This document shows, piece after piece, positions 25,324 to 33,793 of a DNA stretch of 64,000 bases. Position 1 is the stretch's first letter, and the number at the start of each line of letters is the position of its first letter. Below the pieces are notes generated by a model. The model was not told where the DNA came from. It was given only the letters and a program-made list of their open reading frames with translations, and did not search any database. A program made the translations under genes and the position numbers. The stretch is from an uncultured Eubacteriales bacterium. GTDB taxonomy: Bacteria > Bacillota > Clostridia > Oscillospirales > CAG-272. The stretch is taken from the NCBI GenBank assembly GCA_934503195.1, contig CAKSVM010000006.1, positions 1,927 to 65,926 on the forward strand, given 5' to 3'.

Positions 25324-25355
25324 AAAATGTGAATTTGTAAACAAATTCACATTTT
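25324..25355 (-). terminator. terminator of ABC exporter operon (perfect 15-bp AT-rich palindrome)
   Basis: AAAATGTGAATTTGT-AA-ACAAATTCACATTTT, 10 nt after the stop at 25365, followed by CTTTTTT on the minus strand. Confidence 0.7.
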
Positions 25356-25364
25356 TCCGAAGAC

Positions 25365-27131
25365 TCAGTGAGCGAACTGACTCTTATAGAGATTTGCGTA
25401 GAAACCGCCCTTCGCGAGAAGCGTATCGTGATTTCCGGTCTCGATTATATGGCCGTCCTTCATGACGAGAATCACGTCGGCCTCTCGGATCGTCGAAAGT
25501 CTGTGCGCGACGATGAATGAGGTTCTGCCCTCCATCATGCTCGCGAAGGCTTTCTGAATCTTAAGCTCGGTGCGCGTGTCGATCGACGACGTCGCCTCGT
25601 CGAGAATCAGCATCGGCGGCAGGCAGAGCATGACGCGGGTTATGCAGAGAAGCTGCTTCTGTCCCTGAGAAAGTCCGCCGCCGTCCTCACCGATGACCGT
25701 GTCATAGCCGTTCGGCAGACGCTTGATGAAGCTGTGGGCGTGCGAGGCCTTCGCGGCGGCCTCGACCTCCTCGTCGGTCGCGTCGGGCTTTCCGGTGACG
25801 ATGTTGTCGCGGATCGTTCCCGAGCGGAGCCATGTGTCCTGAAGCACCATGCCGTAGTTCTTGCGAAGGCTCTCGCGGGTTGTCTCGCGGATATCCCCGC
25901 CGTCAACCTTGATCGCGCCAGAATCGACGTCGTAGAATCGCATCAGGAGGTTAATAAGCGTCGTCTTTCCGCATCCGGTCGGGCCGACGATCGCGACGCG
26001 CTGTCCGGGCTGAACCTTAAGATTGAAGTCCTCGATGAGCTTCTTTTCGGGGACATACGAGAAGTAAACGTGCTCGAGTTCGACGCTTCCGTCGGCCTCG
26101 CCGAGAACTCTTGCGTCAGGAGTATCAGGGATCTGCGCGGGTTCCTCGATCAGCGCGAAGACTCTCGCCGCACAGGCGAGTGCGTTCTGAAGCTCGGTTA
26201 TGACGCCCGAGATCTCATTGAATGGCTTCGTGTACTGGTTCGCATAGGAGAGAAAGCAGGTCAGTCCGCCGACCGTGAGTCCGCCCGAGATCGCGCTCAA
26301 GGCTCCGGCCAGAGCGACTCCGGCGTAGACGACACTGTTGACGAATCTCGTCGACGGGTTGGTTATCGACGAGAAGAAGATCGCCTTGAGCGACGCGGCG
26401 CGCAGATCCTCGTTCACGCGGTCGAAGTCCTTCTTCGCGCGTTCTTCATAGCCGAAGGCCTGAACGACCTTCTGTCCGCCGATCATCTCGTCGATCATCG
26501 CGGTCTGTTCGCCGCGGGTCTCGGTCTGACGTCTGAACATATCATAGGTGTGCTTAGCGATGAAGGCCGCCACAAAGAGCGAAAGCGGCGTTATAAGAAG
26601 CACGACGAGCGTGATTCCGGGATGAATTGAGAGCATGAAGCCGATCGTTCCGAGAATCGTCGCGACGCCCGAGAAAAGCTGCGTGAAGCCCATCAAAAGT
26701 CCGTCAGCAAAGGTGTCGGTGTCGGCGATGACGCGGCTGACGATCTCGCCCGACGGATGCGAGTCGAGATACGAGAGCGGAAGCTCCTCGATGCGGATAA
26801 ACGCCTCGTTTCTTATGTCGCGGACGATCTGATAGGTAATGCGGTTGTTGAGCGCGTTCATGAGCCACTGAGCGGCGGCTATCACGCCCGTGCAGATTCC
26901 GATCTTCAGGAGAATCTTTCCGATCGAGGCGAAATCAACAAGTCCCTTGTCGACGATAAGGTCGACGACGTCTCCGACGAGGAGCGGAATGTATAAAGTC
27001 AGCGCGACGCTGATCGCCGCGAGAATTACCGAGACCACAAGTCCCCATTTGTACGAGCCGATATGCGAAAGAATCTGCTTTATCGTTCTTTTCCGGTCAA
27101 ATCCGGGATCTTTTTTCTTCTTTGCCATCAC
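25365..27131 (-). CDS. ABC transporter ATP-binding protein/permease (type I exporter half-transporter)
   Basis: 588 aa. 6-TM domain plus GPTGCGKTT, LSQGQKQLL, LILDEATS. Confidence 0.9.
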   Translation of the reverse strand: MMAKKKKDPGFDRKRTIKQILSHIGSYKWGLVVSVILAAISVALTLYIPLLVGDVVDLIVDKGLVDFASIGKILLKIGICTGVIAAAQWLMNALNNRITYQIVRDIRNEAFIRIEELPLSYLDSHPSGEIVSRVIADTDTFADGLLMGFTQLFSGVATILGTIGFMLSIHPGITLVVLLITPLSLFVAAFIAKHTYDMFRRQTETRGEQTAMIDEMIGGQKVVQAFGYEERAKKDFDRVNEDLRAASLKAIFFSSITNPSTRFVNSVVYAGVALAGALSAISGGLTVGGLTCFLSYANQYTKPFNEISGVITELQNALACAARVFALIEEPAQIPDTPDARVLGEADGSVELEHVYFSYVPEKKLIEDFNLKVQPGQRVAIVGPTGCGKTTLINLLMRFYDVDSGAIKVDGGDIRETTRESLRKNYGMVLQDTWLRSGTIRDNIVTGKPDATDEEVEAAAKASHAHSFIKRLPNGYDTVIGEDGGGLSQGQKQLLCITRVMLCLPPMLILDEATSSIDTRTELKIQKAFASMMEGRTSFIVAHRLSTIREADVILVMKDGHIIETGNHDTLLAKGGFYANLYKSQFAH

Positions 27132-28861
27132 GCGTTCGCCCCGCCTTTCTTTTCAAACTGGGAATAATAGATCTCGCCGTAAACCGGGCAGGATTCAAGC
27201 AGCTCGTCGTGCGTTCCCGCGCCGACAAGCGCGCCGTCGTCAAGTACGAGAATCAGATCGGCGAATCTCACCGAGGACGCTCTCTGAGAGACGATGAACA
27301 CCGTCGGGTTTCCGTCCATTTTCGCTATCGACATTCTGAGCGCGGCGTCGGTCGCGTAGTCAAGCGCGGACGCGCTGTCGTCGAGGATCAGAATCTCCGG
27401 CTTTTTTACAAGCGCGCGGGCGATCGTGAGTCGCTGCTTCTGTCCGCCCGAGAAGTTCTTGCCGCCCTGAGCGACCTCCTCGTCAAAGCCCTTTTCCTTC
27501 GACGCGATGACGTCGGATGCCTGAGCGGTCGCCGCAGCTTCGTTCATCTCATCGAGAGTCGCGTCCTCCTTGCCGAAGCGGAGGTTGTCGGCGATGGTTC
27601 CGTGGAAAAGCAGTGCCTTCTGCGGAACGACTCCGATCTTGTCGCGAAGCTCGGATTTCGGATAATCCTTCGCGGGAATTCCGTCGATCAGCACGCGTCC
27701 CTCAGTCGCGTCGTAGAAGCGCGGGATGAGGTTGACGAGCGAGGATTTTCCCGATCCGGTTCCGCCGATGACTCCGACCGTCTGTCCCGGCTTTACCGAG
27801 AAGCTGATGTCCGAAAGCGAGGGCGCGCCGGCATTCTTGTAGGTCAGCGTCACGTGATCGAAGGTCACGGCGTCGTCGTTTTCCTTTTTCGCGGTGAGCT
27901 TTTCGGGATAGGTCATCGAGGACTCAAGCTCAAAGACCGACTGGATGCGGTCTCCGCAGGCGACGGCCTTGGTCAGCGTGATTATGAGGTTCGCGAGCTT
28001 TATAAGCTCAACGAGAATCTGCGACATATAGTTGTAGAGCGCAACGACATTTCCCTGCGTGATAACGCCGTCGTTGACCTGATCCGCGCCGACCTTCAGG
28101 AGGACGATTATCGCGAGGTTGATGATGACATAGGTCATCGGGTTCATGAGAGCCGAGATTCTGCCGACAAAACGCTGGATCGCGGTCAGCTCGTCGTTCG
28201 ACTTCTCAAAGCGTTCGGTCTCGCTCTTCTCGCGGCAGAACGCGCGGATCACGCGGACGCCGTAGAGATTCTCGCGGACGGCCGAAAGCACGCGGTCGAG
28301 CGATTTCTGCACCTTTTTATAGAGCGGGATCGAGATAAGCATGATTCCGAAGACGATCACCGAAAGCACCGGAATCGCGACGGCGAACACGAGCGCGGAT
28401 TTCACGTCGATCGTGAAGGCCATTATCATCGCGCCGAAGACGATGAAGGGCGAGCGCAGAAAGAGCCTGAGAAATAGATTGAGTCCCGACTGAACCTGAT
28501 TCATGTCGCTTGTCAGGCGGGTGATCATCGTCGAGGTTCCGAGCGAGTCGAGTTCGGTGTACGAAAGCGACTGGATATGCTCAAATAGCTTTGACTTGAC
28601 CTTGGCGCAGAATCCGGTCGAGGCCTTTGCCGCGAAGTACTGCGCGGTCAGCGACGAGGCGAGTCCGACGAGTCCGAGCGCGACGAGAACGAGCGCCATC
28701 CTTATGACATATCCGCTGTCGCCGTTTTCGATGCCGTTGTCGATTATCGCCGCCACGACGAGCGGAACGATGAGTTCGAACGACGCCTCAAGGAGCTTGA
28801 AGAGCGGTCCGAGCACGCACTCCTTCAGATACCCGCGCATGAATTTCAGAAGCTTGAACAA
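27128..28861 (-). CDS. ABC transporter ATP-binding protein/permease (heterodimer partner)
   Basis: 577 aa. GGTGSGKSS, FSGGQKQRL, LILDDSAS. Has a 4-nt overlap with the downstream partner. Confidence 0.9.
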   Translation of the reverse strand: MFKLLKFMRGYLKECVLGPLFKLLEASFELIVPLVVAAIIDNGIENGDSGYVIRMALVLVALGLVGLASSLTAQYFAAKASTGFCAKVKSKLFEHIQSLSYTELDSLGTSTMITRLTSDMNQVQSGLNLFLRLFLRSPFIVFGAMIMAFTIDVKSALVFAVAIPVLSVIVFGIMLISIPLYKKVQKSLDRVLSAVRENLYGVRVIRAFCREKSETERFEKSNDELTAIQRFVGRISALMNPMTYVIINLAIIVLLKVGADQVNDGVITQGNVVALYNYMSQILVELIKLANLIITLTKAVACGDRIQSVFELESSMTYPEKLTAKKENDDAVTFDHVTLTYKNAGAPSLSDISFSVKPGQTVGVIGGTGSGKSSLVNLIPRFYDATEGRVLIDGIPAKDYPKSELRDKIGVVPQKALLFHGTIADNLRFGKEDATLDEMNEAAATAQASDVIASKEKGFDEEVAQGGKNFSGGQKQRLTIARALVKKPEILILDDSASALDYATDAALRMSIAKMDGNPTVFIVSQRASSVRFADLILVLDDGALVGAGTHDELLESCPVYGEIYYSQFEKKGGANA

Positions 28862-28898
28862 ATTTTACATCCTCCGTTTCTTTTTCCGTAATACATAA

Positions 28899-28927
28899 TT
28901 ATACCTGAATTCCCGCGATATGTCAAT
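28899..28927 (-). promoter_or_regulatory. ABC exporter operon promoter
   Basis: Minus strand TTGACA - 17 nt - TATAAT. Confidence 0.7.
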
Positions 28928-29026
28928 AGAGTTTTCGGAGTATTTTGAAGGGCTCCCGCGGCGTTATTTGTCAAAATGCACAGAACGCGAGGTTGTGAAC
29001 TTTTCGTAATATTTTCGCCGCACGAC

Positions 29027-29055
29027 TTGATAAAAATACGCTTTTATGATAAAAT
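29027..29055 (+). promoter_or_regulatory. promoter of PPIase gene
   Basis: TTGATA - 17 nt - TAAAAT with TGA extended -10. The leader contains the palindrome GTTTTCACGTGAAAAC (29090-29105). Confidence 0.6.
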
Positions 29056-29156
29056 ATTCAGAGCGTTAAGGAAACGCTGATTTAAGGTTGTTTTCACGTG
29101 AAAACCGCATTTTATTCAGCTTATTCCTGAAAACACGCCAAAGGAGAAATAAAAAA

Positions 29157-29909
29157 ATGAACGAACAGATACTCGCATCAGTAAACGGAAAGGCAATCAC
29201 CGCGGCCGACGTCGACGCTTATCTCGCCGGAATGGGTCAGCGTGGCCAGTCCTACGACAACCCGAAGGGACGCGCGATGATCCTCGAACAGCTCATCAAC
29301 AAATCGCTTCTCGTCCTTGACGCCACGAGAAACCTCTATGAGCGCGATCCTGAGTTCAAGGCTCAGCTTCAGCGCGTCAAGGAGGAGCTTCTCGCGAATT
29401 ACGCCGTCGAAAAGGCAGTCTCGAGCGTCAGAGTCACCGACGCCGAGATCGAGAAGTACTTCGAGGAGAACAAGGACAAGTTCGTCGCCGACGCCACCGT
29501 CAACGCAAGCCACATTCTCGTCGATTCCGAGGAAAAGGCCAACGATATCATGGCGAAGATCAAGGCCGGAGAAATCAGCTTCGAGGACGCGGCAAAGCAG
29601 TTCTCGTCCTGCCCGTCGGGCAAGGAAGGCGGACTTCTCGGCGACTTCGGACGCGGACAGATGGTTCCCGAGTTTGACGAGGCCTGCTTCTCGATGGAGG
29701 AAGGCGAGCTTCGCGGCCCGGTAAAGACTCAGTTCGGCTATCACATCATCAGACTCAACTCGAAGAACGCGCCGAAGGAATTAACCCTCGCTGAAGTCCG
29801 CGACCAGCTCCGCGAAAAGCTCCTCGCCGACAAGCAGCAGGCGGCTTATCAGTCGAAGATCAACCAGCTGAAGATCCTCTACCCCGTCGACAAGCCGTCG
29901 ATGTTTTAA
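29157..29909 (+). CDS. peptidylprolyl isomerase (parvulin, PrsA/SurA-like)
   Basis: Start at MNEQILASVNG after AAAGGAG. Parvulin core ASHILV..FSSCPSGKEGGLLGDFGRGQMVPEFD..GYHII. Confidence 0.85.
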   Translation: MNEQILASVNGKAITAADVDAYLAGMGQRGQSYDNPKGRAMILEQLINKSLLVLDATRNLYERDPEFKAQLQRVKEELLANYAVEKAVSSVRVTDAEIEKYFEENKDKFVADATVNASHILVDSEEKANDIMAKIKAGEISFEDAAKQFSSCPSGKEGGLLGDFGRGQMVPEFDEACFSMEEGELRGPVKTQFGYHIIRLNSKNAPKELTLAEVRDQLREKLLADKQQAAYQSKINQLKILYPVDKPSMF

Positions 29910-29951
29910 TGGATTCCAAAGCGAAGTCGGCCGGAAGGATTCCGGATTCAG

Positions 29952-30404
29952 ATGCCGGAATCCGCTTCGTCCGCCTGTCCGACCATCCGGAGCTCTTCCC
30001 CGCGCGGCGAAATGGTTCTCGGAAAAGTGGAAAATTCCCGGAAATGCCTATCTCGACAGCATGAACGAGAGTCTTTCGTCGGACGTCCCGGAGTGGTATC
30101 TCGCGCTTTCTGAAAACGGGATCGCCGGGGACTCGGGGTCATCGCAAACGACTTCCACGAGCGGCGCGATCTTTCCCCGAACGTCTGCGCGGTTTTCACC
30201 GAGGAAAAATTCCGCCGCCGCGGAATCGCCGGAAAGCTGCTCTCGCTCGTCTCGCGCGATATGGCGGAAAAGGGGATAAAGACGCTCTATCTCGTCACAG
30301 ATCACGATTCCTTCTACGAACGCTACGGGTGGGAATATCTCACGGATGTGAAATGCGACGGCGGCGAAATCTCGCGGATGTATATCCACAGAGCTGTGGA
30401 TTAA
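29952..30404 (+). pseudogene. GNAT acetyltransferase gene disrupted by three single-base frameshifts
   Basis: Frames 3->2->1->3 read M P (G) IRFVRLSDHPELFP / AAKWFSEKWKIPGNAYLDSMNESLSSDVPEWYLALSENGIAG / GLGVIANDFHERRDLSPNVCAVFTEEKFRRRGIAGKLLSLV..GWEYL. Each shift sits at a short G or C run. Confidence 0.7.
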
Positions 30405-30407
30405 ACG

Positions 30408-30441
30408 AAAAAATCAGGACGGAAGCCCGCCCTGATTTTTT
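30408..30441. terminator. bidirectional terminator
   Basis: A6-TCAGGACGG..CCGCCCTGA-T6 long hairpin between the convergent GNAT pseudogene and the LCP gene. Confidence 0.8.
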
Positions 30442-31777
30442 ATTCGCCATAGATGAACTCGCAGAGTCTCTCCGCCGCCTCGTCGATGTCGAACGAGAGT
30501 ATCGCCATCCGGTTGTACCACGCGAACTGATAGGAATCGGCGTATGGCACCTGCTGACTTGAAAAGCTCAGCTTCGACGCGTTAGAAAGCACCGATGTCG
30601 CGAGCGAGACCAGCGTCGTCGCGGGAATGTTCGTCTTGACAATCGTCATAGCGTAGTCGATGAGATCGCTTATCTCGGTGATCGACATTCCGGTCAGAAT
30701 CTTGTTCATCACGGCCGTTATAACGTCGCGCTGACGGCGCGCGCGGCCGAAATCACTGTCGGTCGTGCGGTTCTGCATATGCGCCATCGCCAGTTTGCTG
30801 TCCATATGATTCATTCCGACAACAAGATCCTGCTTTATGAACGCGGAATAGTAATCAATCTCGGCCTTCGTCAGATTCACGTCGACGCCGCCGATCTTAT
30901 CGATGAACTCGGCCGCGCCTGTGAAATCGATCACGACGAAATTCTGCAAATCAAGCCCGAAGAGATCGTTCATCGTGTTGATCGCCAGTCCCGCGCCGCC
31001 AAAGGCGTAAGCCGTGTTCAGACGGTTCCAGCCGTGATCCTGAATCGGCACAAGCGCGTCGCGCAGAAGCGACACCATCTTTACCTCGGCCGTCTTCTTG
31101 TTGTACGAGACGATCAGCATTGTGTCGCTCCGCCCGCGTTCAACCGTGACGTCGCGCGCGTCGGTTCCCATCACAAGGATGTTAATTATATCCTTGTTCT
31201 TCTGAGAAACGCTGTACATCGGGTATTTTTTGCTGTAGACGCTGACCGCGTTCGAGGAAGTCCCGAAGGAATTGTTCTTGTTTTCAGTCGTCTCCGCCGC
31301 GGGCTTTGTCGTCACCGGAGCCGACGGCTTAGTCGTCTCAGAAGGCTTTGCGGTCGTCGGAGTCTTGGTGTCGTCAGTTGTCGGCCTCGGACGCGCCGTC
31401 TCGATTGTCGGAGCCTCGGTGTCGCGCGGGGCGCGGTAGGTCGTGTCCTCCGGCTCGGTGACGGGCCCGGTCTCGGTGACGGGTTCGGTTTCGGTCACAG
31501 GCTCTGTCCCGGTATCGGGCTCGGTATCGGGCCCGGTGATCGGCTCCTCGGTCTCCTCGGGGAGATCGGAGATCCCGTCCGAACCGATTACCACCTCCGG
31601 ATACTCGGGTCTAACATACGAGTCCGAACGCTCGACCGGAGCCTCGTTTATATACGACGTGCGGTGATACTTCACCGCGAGAATTATCACGGGTACACAG
31701 CAGAGAAGAACGAGGATGATTAGTACGGTGATGATTATCTTCACCGCGCGGTTAGATCTCTTGTTTTCTTTTTTCAT
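30440..31777 (-). CDS. LytR-CpsA-Psr (LCP) family glycopolymer transferase with Thr/Pro/Glu-rich linker
   Basis: Start at MKKENKRSN (AAGGGA RBS). One TM helix, about 130-aa TEPV-type linker, LCP core INILVMGTDARD..RSDTMLIVSYN. Confidence 0.85.
   Translation of the reverse strand: MKKENKRSNRAVKIIITVLIILVLLCCVPVIILAVKYHRTSYINEAPVERSDSYVRPEYPEVVIGSDGISDLPEETEEPITGPDTEPDTGTEPVTETEPVTETGPVTEPEDTTYRAPRDTEAPTIETARPRPTTDDTKTPTTAKPSETTKPSAPVTTKPAAETTENKNNSFGTSSNAVSVYSKKYPMYSVSQKNKDIINILVMGTDARDVTVERGRSDTMLIVSYNKKTAEVKMVSLLRDALVPIQDHGWNRLNTAYAFGGAGLAINTMNDLFGLDLQNFVVIDFTGAAEFIDKIGGVDVNLTKAEIDYYSAFIKQDLVVGMNHMDSKLAMAHMQNRTTDSDFGRARRQRDVITAVMNKILTGMSITEISDLIDYAMTIVKTNIPATTLVSLATSVLSNASKLSFSSQQVPYADSYQFAWYNRMAILSFDIDEAAERLCEFIYGE
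31452..31548 (-). repeat. in-frame degenerate 18-nt tandem repeats encoding (T/G)EPVTE units
   Basis: Protein segment TEPDTGTEPVTETEPVTETGPVTEPED. The DNA shows reiterated GGTNTCGGTGAC-like units. Confidence 0.7.
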
Positions 31778-31802
31778 ACTTTTTTCCCTTGAGGTATCCG
31801 CC

Positions 31803-32321
31803 TCAGTTTCGTTTGCCATCGCGGACAAAGAACCGCTTCAGCCCTATCGCCGCTCTCAGAATCACCGGACGCGCGGCGTATGTCGGCGTCCAGAAAAAGC
31901 GGTAGAGCCGGAGAGGAAGTCCCTCCGCGTCGTGAATTTTCCCGCCGGAGTCAATCTTCCTCACCACCGCGACAACCCTTTCGCGGCTTATGATCTCGCA
32001 CCAGTTCTGCGCGTCGCCGTTCATTAAAAGCCGGCCGTCCGGAAGACATTTTCTCACTCTGTGGAGAACGAACGCGCCGTTCTCCCGCCTGAAAAGCAGT
32101 ATGTCGCCGCGCTTTGCCCTGTCGCCGCTGATCCCTTCGAGGATCACGCCAGACCGCCCCGGATGAAGGAGCGGAAGCATACTTGTCCCGGTGACCTTTA
32201 GCGGAAGCGTCCCGCCGCCGTCAAAAAGCCGCTCAAAATCGTCCCCGTCGCGCAGAGCGTCGATTATTACAGTGTCGCGCCCCGAACTGTTCTTAGCCGC
32301 GGCCGGAATCCCGCCGCTCAC
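31803..32321 (-). CDS. S24/S26-family (signal-peptidase/LexA-like) serine peptidase domain protein
   Basis: VTGTSMLPLL..RGDILLF..LHRV pattern. I place the start at a GTG forming a GTGA overlap with the upstream kinase stop. The longer ORF-track form would overlap that gene by 150 nt. Confidence 0.6.
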   Translation of the reverse strand: MSGGIPAAAKNSSGRDTVIIDALRDGDDFERLFDGGGTLPLKVTGTSMLPLLHPGRSGVILEGISGDRAKRGDILLFRRENGAFVLHRVRKCLPDGRLLMNGDAQNWCEIISRERVVAVVRKIDSGGKIHDAEGLPLRLYRFFWTPTYAARPVILRAAIGLKRFFVRDGKRN

Positions 32322-33793
32322 TCGGAATCGTCCTCGATGGTTATCTCGGGTTCCTCCGGTCCGGTTTTCTTTTCGCCGTAGCCGTAGCCGCTCCGATAAC
32401 CGTATCTGTAGTAGTGCGAATACCTGTATCCGTACCCGCCCGCGAAGTCGGGATAAGCGTTCAGAACGCATCCGAGCAGCTTCGCGCCGTTCTGGAAGGT
32501 GATCTGACCGAGCGCGTCGAGGATTCTCGACGTCCTCACCGTGTCGTGACGGACGACCATGATTATCGAGTCGACCGCCTGCGCGATCAGCGAAGGCTCG
32601 GACGTCAGCCCGGCCGGGGGAGTGTCGATTATAACGTAGTCATAGATCCCCGCGAGCCGTTCGAAAAGCTCATTCAGCTTCCCGATTCCGAGAAGCTTCC
32701 AGATGTCAAAAGCCGCCGTGTTGAAGTTCATCACCGAAATCCCGGCGTTTTCGACGTCGACAATCTCGCCCGGACGCTTGTCGTCCTTGTCGGGGAGATA
32801 CGGATCGATTCCGAGAAGCTTGTTGACGCTCGGATTCTTTACGTCGCCATCGACGACTATGACCTTTTTCCCGGTCGCCGCGATCGCGACCGCGAGGTTG
32901 ACCGAAACGGTCGTCTTCCCCTCGCCCGGCGCGGTACTCGTCAGCATTATGATCCGCCCGGCGTCCTTTGAACTTATCACCGAGTTTCTGAGCGCGCGGA
33001 AGGCCTCGCGGTACGAGTCGCCGACCTTCGGGTTAGTGAGCAGCACCGAGTTCGCAGCCTCGGTTTTGTATTTTTTGAAGGAGACCCCGGGAAGAGTCGC
33101 CACGCAGTGACGGTTCAGCTTCTGACGGATATCGCCGCGCGACCTGATCGTCCTGCGGCAGAGCGCGTAGAAGACCACCCAGACGAGCGAGAGCGCGATT
33201 CCCGCCGCCGCGCCTTTCACCATGCTCACGCGGTAGGAGAACCGATTGTACGGCTCAGTCGCGCGCTCAGGCGGATTCAGGATGTTGAGGTCGGTGTTTC
33301 CGATTACGTACTGCGCGACGGCCGGATAGTTCTTGATTACCGACAGAAGCACGTCATACGTAAGCTCCGGATCGCGTCCGCGCGCCGTGATCGTGAACAT
33401 ATTCGTCCCCTTGACCGAGGACGCCGAAAGCGTCGCAGGGAGGTACGGAAGCTCCATGTCGTTGCAGATTATGTCGTGCAGGATGTTGCTCTCGATTATC
33501 GCCGGGAAGGTCGACGAGAGCTGCGACGCCGTCGATCGCGCGTAGGAGAACGAGTAGGTCGAGATTCCGATTCCCGACGAGCCCGGATCCTGCGTCCGCA
33601 CCGTGAAGGTGACGCTCGACTCATACATCGGAACGTATCTCATCCTGTTGCGGCAGAACATCGCGCCCGCGCCGAGAACGGCGAGCAGAAGGCAGAGCCA
33701 CCAGAATTTAGAAAGGCCGCGGAATATCTCCGGAAAGTCGATCGAGACAAGTCCCTCGGAATTTTCGGATGAGGTCTTTTCGGTTTCGCTCAT
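32318..33793 (-). CDS. polysaccharide co-polymerase/BY-kinase fusion (Wzz domain + CpsD/CapB-type tyrosine autokinase)
   Basis: 491 aa. Two TM segments flank an extracellular Wzz-like domain. Walker A TSTAPGEGKTT, A' VIVVDGDVKNP, B DYVIIDTPP. Tyr-rich tail GGYGYRYSHYYRYGYRSGYGYG. Confidence 0.85.
   Translation of the reverse strand: MSETEKTSSENSEGLVSIDFPEIFRGLSKFWWLCLLLAVLGAGAMFCRNRMRYVPMYESSVTFTVRTQDPGSSGIGISTYSFSYARSTASQLSSTFPAIIESNILHDIICNDMELPYLPATLSASSVKGTNMFTITARGRDPELTYDVLLSVIKNYPAVAQYVIGNTDLNILNPPERATEPYNRFSYRVSMVKGAAAGIALSLVWVVFYALCRRTIRSRGDIRQKLNRHCVATLPGVSFKKYKTEAANSVLLTNPKVGDSYREAFRALRNSVISSKDAGRIIMLTSTAPGEGKTTVSVNLAVAIAATGKKVIVVDGDVKNPSVNKLLGIDPYLPDKDDKRPGEIVDVENAGISVMNFNTAAFDIWKLLGIGKLNELFERLAGIYDYVIIDTPPAGLTSEPSLIAQAVDSIIMVVRHDTVRTSRILDALGQITFQNGAKLLGCVLNAYPDFAGGYGYRYSHYYRYGYRSGYGYGEKKTGPEEPEITIEDDSE

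Noticed and set aside
27122-28477. 451-aa plus-strand ORF
   Set aside because: Antisense to an ABC exporter gene that has full Walker and signature motifs.
31441-31560. Short tandem repeats as a possible CRISPR or minisatellite
   Set aside because: They are in-frame within the LCP gene with no spacers, so they encode a repetitive linker.
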